From the NCBI GenBank assembly GCA_964016885.1, contig OZ024753.1, forward strand, positions 14,260,001 through 14,324,000: DNA of 64,000 bases, read 5' to 3'. Positions 26,180 to 36,728 of this stretch are shown in pieces (the first letter of the stretch is position 1; each line of letters begins with the position of its first letter). The translations under genes and the position numbers were made by a program. A model generated the notes under the pieces. It had not been told where the DNA came from. It did no database searches and worked only from the letters and a program-made list of their open reading frames with translations. The DNA comes from Eledone cirrhosa. Lineage: Eukaryota.

Positions 26180-26350
26180 AAGTGGAAGAAACTAAACAAA
26201 GAACCTTGCTAAAATCAACAATAACATTTCTCAGTAGGGCCCATCTTTTAGACTGTCAAGGGGGTCGAAAGGGCAAGCTGTTGGTCATTAGTGAAGACTA
26301 TAGTGCCCAATGGGACTCTATATCTGGTTATTGGCTGTCCACTATGAAAG
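26180..26350 (+). CDS. NCDN: NCDN exon 9 (EVEETKQR...FLSRAH...SEDYSAQWDSISGYWLSTMK)
   Basis: ttctatag acceptor, ag|gtaacc donor, phase 1-1; matches 'FLSQSH ... Y...W..L...W...M'. Confidence 0.92.
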
Positions 26351-27184
26351 GTAACCTCCACATCTTTATTTGTCATCATTTCAACTCTTTTTTTTACCCG
26401 ATTTTTAATGAAAGACACTGCCTATTTTTTTTCAAATAATTTTGAAGCTAGATTCTTATAGAATTCCAGTTATGTTTAATAGCTGTTGAAACAACGGTTG
26501 CTGGGCCAGCAAAAATTAGGAATTAGTATTGGTGTTATGAAATAAACATACAGTATATTATCAAATATACTGTATGTTTATTTCAGAACAACAATATTAT
26601 CAAATATACTATACATACATTCATGTATACATCGCTATTTCAGAGCACCAATACTAATTCCTAATTTTTGCTGGGCCGGCAACTTCTCTGTTTAAACACC
26701 TCTTAAACATAACTGGAATTATGTAAAAATCTAGCTTCTATAACTCTCAGCAAAAGCAAAGGGGTATGTAGTCTTGACAACCACTTATGAGTGAGAAATG
26801 ATGACCGTTGATTACTCCCCTTTGCTTTTGTCAAGACTAAGTGACGTAGTCACTACTTTAAAATTCATAGTGAATGATCTTGAAAATGTTTTTAATTAAA
26901 CATACAGTATATTATCAAATATTCTATACATACATTCAATTTTGGAAATAATCACGAATTTAGAAGGATTTATTCATATAACTAACTTCCTTATTGTTAA
27001 CTCTTTTGTTAGTGTATTTCTAATGAAATACACTGCCAGAAATTTTCAAATAATTTTTAACATAATCATAAGTTTTTTGAGATTTGATAATATAACTAAC
27101 TTTTTCTTATAAGACGGTAAGGTGAGATTTGAGGGAGATTTAGCTGCTGTTTCCATCAGAATTCCATGATTTGACTCACTAGAC

Positions 27185-28442
27185 TAGTGTTTCTCAACCA
27201 GTGTTCCCCAGAACCTAGAGTTCCACAAGAGGTCACTCGGAGTTCTATGAGAAACAGTAATAAATAATCTAATGCGTAATTCTTATGTAATCTTATATTT
27301 GTAATTTCACTAGACACATACGGAATATTGTTGGAAAATCCTTTGTTATTATAATAAAGGCTTCAACCTCTTATCTATCTATATAATACTAAAATTCTGT
27401 GATTGCTTGCTTGCCTGCATTGTAATACAACCAAAAGGGTGCAAAATGGGAAAATACTTTGAAAGGAAGTTGACCCTGAAATGGGAATACAAATGGAATA
27501 AAATAAGTTTCATGTAAATCGGAGCCCGTGTTCCCGAGATATGGGGTTTTTTCTAGGTACCTTCATAAATAGAGAGAAAGATAGAGCTGGTGGTGGTGTT
27601 GTGTATATATATGTGAGTGTGTGTGTGTCTATGACCAGTGTATATAGATCACTGACACCCACATATATATATATGTAGGCACACATACATACATATATAT
27701 CATCATCATCATCATCATCATCGTTTAACGTCTATCTTCCACGCTAGCATGGGTTTAGACAGGAATTGTCCCACTTGAGGCAAGATTGGTCGGGAGACCG
27801 TGTCTCGCTCGTATAGGACTGTCTGGCAGGTTTTCTACGGCCGGAAGCCCTTCCTAACACCAACCACATATATATATACATACACACATGTATATATATA
27901 TATATATGGGCCTACCAGTTTCATTTCACATTATATATGTCTGTATATATTTTAATTATTTAACCCTTTAATGTTCAAACCGGCCAAAACCGGCCAGAAT
28001 TCTCTACCTTTTTCTGTTGAAATTGGCTGTAACTGGTCACTCAAACTGATGTTAAGGTATTGTTCTCAAAATAAATACTTTCAAAATCTCATAGATTCGA
28101 TATTATGTGAAATAATTATGTGCGGTAAAGCCTTTACCATGAAAATATAATAGTATATGTAGAGTAATGTGAATGTTATGTGAGATAAAGCCTTTACCAT
28201 GAAAATATGATAGTATATATAGAGTAATGTGAATGCTAAAGGGTTAAAAATTATTTTAAGTGAACATCATTTAAAAAAAATATTTTGAAGTGAACTTGAC
28301 CCAACGGGTCACGGGTGGTCTAATATTATTTAAAACTAGGTCGTAAACTAATAATGGTATATAATGATTTTTATGCAGGGGTTCTCTGAGACATGAAAAC
28401 TATTTCAAAGTTCCATAAGACTAAAAAGGTTGAGAAACGCCT
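27185..28442. mobile_element. hAT (Charlie-like) MITE carrying nested Helitron, SINE and piggyBac-like MITE
   Basis: TIRs tagtgtttctcaacc / ggttgagaaacgcct; degenerate TSD cactagac / ctctaggc. Confidence 0.6.
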
Positions 28443-28511
28443 CTCTAGGCTGTTACTACAGTGGGTTAAATGTGGTTAGAAACTAAAGTGTACTCTGTGT
28501 TTCTCTTGTAG

Positions 28512-28613
28512 TATTGACTAAATGTATCCGTAGTCACCCACAACTGACAACTACAGTCTTATTACAAACTGGATGGATTCCTCGTTTATTGAAACTTCTT
28601 GCTGAAGTCCAGA
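28512..28613 (+). CDS. NCDN: NCDN exon 10 (VLTKCIRSHPQLTTTVLLQTGWIPRLLKLLAEVQ)
   Basis: ttctcttgtag acceptor, a|gtaagt donor, phase 1-1. Confidence 0.9.
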
Positions 28614-28637
28614 GTAAGTATTGCTTATTTATTTCAT

Positions 28638-28885
28638 GTGATGCTCTGCTATCATTGACCCCAGGAGGGGGACAGTAGGTTTGCTTAATGAATGGGACAA
28701 CATTATGACTGACATCATTTGATGCAGTGCTATCATTAACCCCAGGAGGGGGCAGTAGGTTTGCTTAAGGAATGGGACATTATGACTGACATCATTTGAT
28801 GCTGTGCTATCATTGACCCCAGGAGGGGACAGTAGGTTTGCTTAAGGAATGGAACAACATTATGAGGGACATCATTTGATGCTGT
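28638..28885. repeat. About 79-bp tandem repeat x3, starting ~25 nt after the NCDN exon 10 donor
   Basis: tgctatcatt(g/a)accccaggagggg...gacatcatttgatgc. Confidence 0.88.
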
Positions 28886-29126
28886 ACTACCCTAGATTCC
28901 ATAAGAGGAAATAGGATTGTTTAACACTTATAGTGTTACAAGTTATGTCAGTGTTGATAACATTGATTAAACACAGCTTATATTTTGGCCTAAAATATCC
29001 ACAAATGCTAGGTACATAGGTTTACTTTTAGCTAAGTACTTCTCTTAGGTGTTGTTTCTTCACTGCTCAGCTACTATATTCAATAAGGGAATTACCATAA
29101 CATAATTATATATACATTATATATAC

Positions 29127-29590
29127 TGCTGGGTAAAGAAGTGCCAAGAAATCCCAGTAGAAGGAAGACGCAGTAGAGGTAGACCACGAAAAACATGGGC
29201 GGAGGTGGTGAGAGCAGACCTCAGATCGCTGAAACTCACGGAGGAGATGATAAAGGACCGTGACAAGTGGAGAGATGGGCGGAGGTGGTGAGAGCAGCCC
29301 TCAGATCACTGAAACTCACGGAGGAGATGATGAAGGACCGTGACAAGTGGAGAGATGGGCGGAGGTGGTGAAAGCAGCCCTCAGATCACTGAAACTCACG
29401 GAGGAGATGATGAAGGACCGTGACAAGTGGAGAGATGGGCGGAGGTGGTGAGAGCAGACCTCAGATCACTGAAACTCACGGAGGAGATGACAAAGGACCG
29501 TGACAAGTGGAGAGATGCTGTACTGAATAGGACCCGTCCCACCCTTGCAAGCAGGGAAAAGCGGACGTAAAATGACGATGAGGATGATAA
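29127..29590 (+). mobile_element. RTE LINE 3' end with an internal 80-bp unit repeated 4 times
   Basis: gggcggaggtggtga...gtggagagat at 29197, 29277, 29357, 29437. Confidence 0.88.
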
Positions 29591-30307
29591 ATATATATAT
29601 ATAAGATACAGAGCTTAGCGTTGTTTTGAAAATTAGCTTTGTTTACAAACAGCGGAGAATTTTAAAATTAGATAGTGAAATAGAGCTTCAGCCGTATTTT
29701 TTTGACTAAGTAAATTAGCCTAATAGTTGGAGTTATAAAAACCTACAGATTGGAAAAAGGATAAGCATTGATCTACATGAGACACAAACCCTCATCTTTG
29801 GCTATCATGACCACTATGTTAACCATTACACAAATACGTCACCCATCAATTTTCCAATCGGTAGTCATGATAGCCAAAGATAGCGCAACACAATAAATAT
29901 TTTTTATATGAATGGAGGCACATGGCTTAGTGGTTAGAGCATTGGCCTTGTAATCGAAAGGTTGTGAGTTCAATTCTCAGACCGGGTGATGTGTTGTTTC
30001 CTTGAGCAAGACACTTTATTTCACATTGCTCCAGTTTACTCAGCTGTAGAAATGAGATGATAGGACTGGGGTCCCTATCATTCCACTGCAAAGTGGACGT
30101 GTAGGCGCCACGGCAAAAAAAGCACCCAGCACTCACTGTAAATGAGGTTGGTGTTACGAAGGGCATCCAGCTATAGAAATCAAGCCAGAATCAGTTCCCG
30201 TCCCACCCTTGCAAGCAGGGAAAAGTGGACGTAATATGATGATGATGATGATGCAAATGAAACTTCCTTGTTATTTTATATTATATATATATATCTATAT
30301 ATAAATA

Positions 30308-30339
<32 letters not shown>

Positions 30340-30385
30340 ATTCAAAATGTTAATAAATGAAAAATATTCTCATAATTAAAATATA

Positions 30386-30448
30386 TATTTTATTATACAT
30401 ATTTCAAAGGTACAATGGTGTTTAAGTACGTTTTCATCAGACAAAATA
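30386..30448 (-). ncRNA. Type I hammerhead motif
   Basis: tattttgt-CTGATGA-aaacgtac...gtaccttt-GAAA tatgt ATA-ataaaata. Confidence 0.6.
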
Positions 30449-30711
30449 TAAGATTTGATATGTGACATACTGCTACGGTTTTGATTATTCAATTCCAGTA
30501 TTGGCAGTCCTTTGAAATATGTATAATAAAATATATATTTTGATTATGAGAATATTTTTCATTTATTAACATTTTGAATAATATTAAATACTCCAGGAAA
30601 ATCTCTTGTCGAGTGCTTCTAATCTATTGTAAAATTGTATTTGTTGATTAATCAACGAACCTTATTAATCTTTGGTTATATATATATATAACCAAAGATT
30701 AATAAGGTTCG

Positions 30712-30791
<80 letters not shown>

Positions 30792-30916
30792 TACACTGGA
30801 AGGTAATATCCGTAGTGGTAGAGCACTCAGTCCATGGGACGAGTTAGATAGAAGTGGTTACACAACAGTTAGTTCACCATACCGAGAACAATTGTTTCAC
30901 CTTAGAGGATCCATTA

Positions 30917-30954
30917 CGAGCTGAGGATCCGCTAAGGTGAAACAATTGTTCTCG
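30917..30954 (+). ncRNA. Minimal type I hammerhead motif
   Basis: cgag-CTGAGGA-tcc gctaa ggt-GAAAC aatt GTT-ctcg; palindromic stem III. Confidence 0.62.
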
Positions 30955-31228
30955 GTATGGTGAACTAACTGTTGTGTAACCACTTCTATATATATCGAAA
31001 CCGGTAAAGGAACCAAATAAATATATATATTTTTTTTAAAAATAAGACTCCAGTTGCATTTTCGATTTCATCTCTTTTTCTTTATACTTTCACTCGTGTA
31101 GGACACCTCGGTTATTTTTCATTTTGTAAAAAAAACCTCACTTTCTAATATATATATATATAAATATAAAATCTCCTACAGTAATACTAATGCCGGATTC
31201 GAAATTGTTTTGTTTCTCTCTTCTAAAG

Positions 31229-31346
31229 AGGTCAGTATTGATGTGGAATACAGCAATGCCTACCTGTATCTTGTGCATGCGATGACCACCACCACTAAAG
31301 AGGCTCGAACTGTAATCAGAGACAACTATGGAGCTCAAGTGGCCAA
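31229..31346 (+). CDS. NCDN: NCDN exon 11 (KVSIDVEYSNAYLYLVHAM...GAQVA)
   Basis: Pyrimidine tract + aag acceptor, aa|gtaagt donor, phase 1-2. Confidence 0.85.
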
Positions 31347-31506
31347 GTAAGTGATATACCAACACTAGTGTATAGTTTATCATATGGTTGTTGTTTACCC
31401 TAGGTCATCCATTTCCCTTATTGTACAAATGATGTACTTATGTTACACTAGTGACCAGCCCAACTTTGTATGAATATCTAGAACATTCTGTGGAAAATAT
31501 ATAATA

Positions 31507-32823
31507 CTAGCTGGCCCGTCCCGCTGGCGCCGGGCTAGGTATACCGGCATTTTATCTTTTCAGGAATTCCCCCCTACACTCCAGTGCAAAGATACCGCAC
31601 ACCCTCTCAAGTCAGCGAGGGGGGGGGGGGGGGTTAACTTGCTCTGATGTTGGGTTTGAACAGTTTTTAGGATTCCCCAGTTCAGCAGCCAGTACGTTAA
31701 AGAAAATTGATAGTTACAACAATAAAGGCTGAACAGAGAACACATTTCTTAACAAACAATAATTTGTACAACCATAATGGAAATTCCAAGTAACAGAAAA
31801 TATTTAAATTACATTGTTAGAGCCTTGGAGTATACAATATTTTTTGTTCGGCCCTCCTGAGCAAAGATTGTTTGGCGAGCTCACCCTAGAGCATCCTACA
31901 TACAATTGACCATGGGAGAAGCTCTGTAGACGTTGACCTCTGGACACTCCTGTCAGGAGCAGGTAAGCTCTAATGACTTAGAGGCCTACCACCAATCTCC
32001 AGGACACTGTTTTCAAGACAAATGATCGCCTCATTGAAAACGACATCGTATGCTACGTTCAGATTGTGTCTGCATGTGCGGTGGAGGTTGTCCTTAGCTA
32101 GACTTTCACGGTGGTTGTTCCACATTGCGAGAGGGTCGGCAAGATCGCAGTTTTGCAGCATAATAGCAAAAGGTGTTCGCAGCTGAGAAGGGACTTTAGC
32201 AGTTGCTGCTTCTTGCAGGGTGAGGTGCCAATTGCTGCCATTGTGTAACATACCACGCATCTTGCAAGCCAAACGGAAAGTGGAACATTGATGGTTCTCA
32301 GATCATGGAAAGACTGGTCCTCTAACCTCAAACAGTAACAATGATGATAAGCCGTCTGTACTTTCGTGAAATAAATAGGTTTTTGTTTTTGTGTATGCAA
32401 AAATATCTCTACACGAATGTATATATTAAAATTACAGATTAAAGTTTAAGCAAAGAATTGCTGCTTTTACCCTTAACTAAAAAAAATCAGTCTGTGAACG
32501 CAGAAGTAAATATGTCGAAAAACGTTATCTAATGCTATGTATCTATCTAAAAAGACAGACTAAGAGAAAGAGGGGAATGTTGTGCGACGTCATAAGAAAA
32601 AGTGAGGAATGACGTATAACCGGAAGTGTTGACATTTGAAATTTTAAAGAAGTGAATATTTAAATAACGTCTTTAATCTTTTAACAAAATTCAGTAGACA
32701 AAAATACCCTCATTTTTTTACTTGGAAAAAGTTATATCTATGCTGCAAACTTGGTGCTGTTTGGTCCAGTCGTTTGGCGGAAAGTTTGTTACCTACATAC
32801 GGCCGTCAGGTTTATAGTATAGA
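31507..32823 (-). mobile_element. Internally deleted Helitron with both termini
   Basis: A|TCTATACTATAAA 5' end; GC hairpin + CTAG|T 3' end; RepHel remnants 'PSQLRTPFAIML..C...DP..MW' and 'FSHGQLYVGCSRV...TKNIVY'. Confidence 0.88.
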
Positions 32824-34191
32824 TATATATATTATATATAATATATATAATACATATATATTTAGTTATGTAATAAACAACATAAGATAATTATTTCATT
32901 TACCAGTGGTTTCTTGAAGGCAGATGTTATGTCTGTCTTCAGTCGTCAGAATGGAAAACACTACTCTTTGCTAATAAAGGTACTAGATTCATTCTAATAA
33001 GCTCTGTAGCCTACATAGAGCACTCTTTTTTCCTGTACCTTTCCGACGGAAATACTTCATTCATATATATATATATATATTTGTATAGTTTATATATTTT
33101 ATATATGATATGATATACGCATATTATATATGATATAATAATACAGAAAACCCGAGTTCCCACTGGTACAAGCTGAAGCTGGAATGTATAGACAATATGC
33201 CCCCACACCCCTTCCGCTGTAAAGTGGTCGTGAAGGTGTCACGACAAAAAGCACCCAGTCTACACTATAAAGTAGTCATGTAGGTGTCATGGTAAAAAGG
33301 CACCCAGTACTCACTGTAAATGAGGTTGGTGTTAGGAAGGGCATCCAGCTGTAGAAATCAAGCCAGAATCAGTTACTGTAGGAGCAAGGCATGGTCAGCT
33401 GACCAGACACTGCCCACAACAGCTAAATAAACAATAAAATGTAGAGATTTAATAATAAATTTCAACATTATTCACGGAAAATATATCAAGTGTATTTTGA
33501 TTTACAACTGTTCCTAGTTTTCCCTGTTTTCCCAGCTCACGGTGGATTTAAATGTTTCTTTCAAGAATTCTACAGCAGTGCTAAATATTATTCTTTTGAT
33601 GGGTGTTTTGATGAAAAGAATAATGCTATGATTGAGTTGTTAATATTTATTTTATAATAATTTACTTTGAATGTCAAGCAATACTATTTATGATATAATA
33701 TTTAATCCGTACATTAATCTGCTAGCTGCTACGAGCTAGCATGAATGCATGTATCAGAGAAAACGATATAGTAAAAGTTGTATTGAATCTTACAAATACA
33801 ATATGACAGGAAGATTAGAATGAACTTACTATATGTATGTATGTGTGTGTGTGTGTGTGTGCCTATTCCTAGAATATATTATACTTCATGAATGGCTGTG
33901 TCTGTGGTCGAAGGGCCAGGAGACATATCACTCACCGACTGCTGCTTCGGGTCTCTGTTGGGTTCCTTAACTCCTTGTATTAATAGAAGGATGTGTATAT
34001 GAGGTTGATTATGATCAGCCATGTGGATTTTGTCTCCTAAGAAGCTGGGGTCACAGGTCAGGTGGAATGTATTTCATGTTGATTTTTATGTATAATTCTC
34101 CATAATTTTATGGAGAATTTTGTGGAAAATGTTGGTTCTGTGTCTGAAATTGTAAAGAGTTCTGTTGAATATATATTCTTTGTATTTCCAG

Positions 34192-34237
34192 GAAATTTGA
34201 CCATTCTGAGCTGCGTGATCTTCTCTCAGCCACATGA
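34192..34237 (+). CDS. NCDN: NCDN terminal coding exon (KFDHSELRDLLSAT*)
   Basis: tttccag acceptor, phase 2, TGA at 34235-34237; length agrees with the neurochondrin C-terminus. Confidence 0.8.
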
Positions 34238-34660
34238 AGGCAACCAACTAGTTAATTAATGGTTTTGTGATACTGTTTCAAAGATTTTTTTCTGTGGCAG
34301 AAAGATGCAACATCCTGTACTGCATGAAACCACATTAGCAAGACATTCAGGAAAAGTATAAACAGCTCCATGACTACATCAGATGAAAAATTAAAGTCTC
34401 TCTGCTGATCTTGTAATTTTCCACAACAATCTGTCCACTAGTAGAGATACTACAAACATTTAAATTAACAAACCCATTTTTAGATATTTTTCTGCTAAAT
34501 CACTACACGATGTTAAGAGTTAAGTTACTTGAAGTGACTGGATACATCAGAAACTAAACATTAAATGATGATATACATGAAATAAGAAGAAGAGAGCCGG
34601 TTCTACATATTCAACTTCAGTTTATTGTCTACATCACCCTATTATGTACATTTCAAAGGC

Positions 34661-34666
34661 ATTAAA
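34661..34666 (+). terminator. Candidate NCDN poly(A) signal ATTAAA
   Basis: About 420 nt after the stop, followed by GT/T-rich tgtttttggttttgtttttggt. Confidence 0.35.
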
Positions 34667-34964
34667 ATGTCCTCATGTAATAGTTTTTTAAGACTGGTGC
34701 TGAAAATGTAAACAATGTTTTGGTTTTGTTTTTGGTATACTCACTGTTGTTCATTCGGTTTTATGGCATCTTATAAAATTTCTTAGATAATAGCAAAGGC
34801 AGGAAAACACCATAATATTGGTGTAACTAATTTTACCTGCAGTATCTGTTGTAATTTCATCAGTTATGAGGAAATTACTGGAAGTGTTTCTTTAAGCAAC
34901 TCCTCAGTGTCGCTGCACAGGATGTAGAAAAACAACTGCTGCAATTGTGAGCCAAAGTTGTGAG

Positions 34965-35075
34965 CCTTTCAACTTGATGAGTCTATCCTGAGAAATAATG
35001 ACACTATGCTATTGGCATATGTTCGCTTTATGGATGATAATGAATTCAGAGAAGAAATACTTTTTGCCAGAAGGC
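34965..35075 (+). mobile_element. hAT (Buster/Charlie-like) transposase fragment; duplicate near 38450-38570
   Basis: FQLDESILRNNDTMLLAYVRFMDDNEFREEILFAR. Confidence 0.7.
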
Positions 35076-36708
35076 AAAACAATTTTCAAAGAATTAAACA
35101 TTTAATAAGGGTTTACCTACCCCAACCTGTATTTAGCACAGGTTTAACCCTTTAGTATTCAAAATGACTAAAACTGGCTGCAATTATTTCCCCTTTGTTT
35201 TTTCAAACTGGCCAATTGACGAGATTACTTCAAGATTAAGCACTTACCGCGAAAATGACCACTTAACCCTTTAGTGTTCAAACCGGCCAGAATTCTCTAC
35301 CTCTTTCTGTTGAAACTGGTCCCTCAAACTGATGTTAAGGTATTGTTCTCAAAATAAATACTTTCAAAATCTCATAGATTCGATATTATGTGAGATAATT
35401 AATATAAAAATATAATTGTTTCTATTTTTGGCACAAGGCCAGCAATTACCCAGTGTATTACTGGTATTTTATCAACCCCGTAAGGATGAAAGGCAAAGTT
35501 AAGCTCGGCGGGATTTGAACTCAGACCATAAAGGGCCATAACTCTTTGCTGCAAAGCATGGCGTCAGACCCTCTACCGATACTGCCAATCCACCACCAGT
35601 ATATATAAAATTGTTTCTACGTTAGGCACAAGGCCAGCAATTACCCAGTGCATTACTGGTACTTTATTTTATCGACCCCGTAAGGATGAAAAGCAAAGTC
35701 AACCTCGGCGGGATTTGAACTCAGATCTAAAGGGACGTAACTATGCTGGAAAGCATGGCGTCCGACCCTCTACCGACACTGCCAATCCAGCCAGTATATA
35801 TAAAATAATGTGAATGCTAAAGGGTTAACAGAACAACTGTTATGTAACATGTTATTTTAATGTTAAAAGTACAACAGATTTTTTTTGTGTGTATCAACAT
35901 GGCCTATGAAAGTAGCGATACCGACTTTGAAGATTTTTACACACGATGACATTCAAAATGAACAAGAAACAAACGATAATTGTTTCTACTTTTGGCACAA
36001 GGCCAGCAATTACCCAGTGTATTACTGGTACTGGCACTTTATTTTATCGACCCTGTAAGGATGAAAGGCAAAGTTAACCTTGCGGGATTTGAACTCAGAT
36101 CGTAAAGGGACGTAACTACGCTGGAAAGCATGTCTGACCCTCTACCAATACTGCCAATCCACCGCCCTTAATGTTAGTGATTTATCTTCAAATGAATCAG
36201 ATGCGTACATTTCTGAAATTTCATCCAACGATGACTGTTGGACACCATAGAAGATATTATAGCAACATGGTTGAAAAATACCACATCAATACATGTTCCC
36301 TATTTTATTGAAAATACAGGTCCACAACACATTACCTCTCGCACTATGGGGTGTGTGTCTTCTATGAGGTTTTCTTCTGGTGTTTTAAAGATAGGCTCAA
36401 CAGCCCAATTACCTGATCCCCACCCACATATTACTGAGAGGGTCGTGAAAGCAGACTGCAGCGTGTCCAAGAGTTTTACACTCTAACAAAATGGTTGCCA
36501 TAAATTGGTCTTAGATAACTGTTGCTAAATATTATCTAAATTAATTTCAGCTTTTAAAGCACTCGATATGTTCGTTCACATATGAGGTTTGTCAGGTGTT
36601 TTAACAAAAGGGTCTGCAGTCTAATTACTCATCGACCCTGCACGTACACTAAGATCTATATATATAAACTGGTCAGGCAATTATAATGTGGAATCTTTGT
36701 TTACGTTG

Positions 36709-36728
36709 ATGCATTCTGGGTAAATAGT
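36709..36728 (-). promoter_or_regulatory. ZNF143/Staf-like site ACTATTTACCCAGAATGCAT
   Basis: Close to the ACTAYAWYCCCAGAATGCA consensus. Confidence 0.35.

Noticed and set aside
30996-31010. cgaaaccggta and similar GAAAC half-motifs (also near 42160, 50845, 59830)
   Set aside because: Only the 3' half of a hammerhead, with no CUGANGA and stem I partner.
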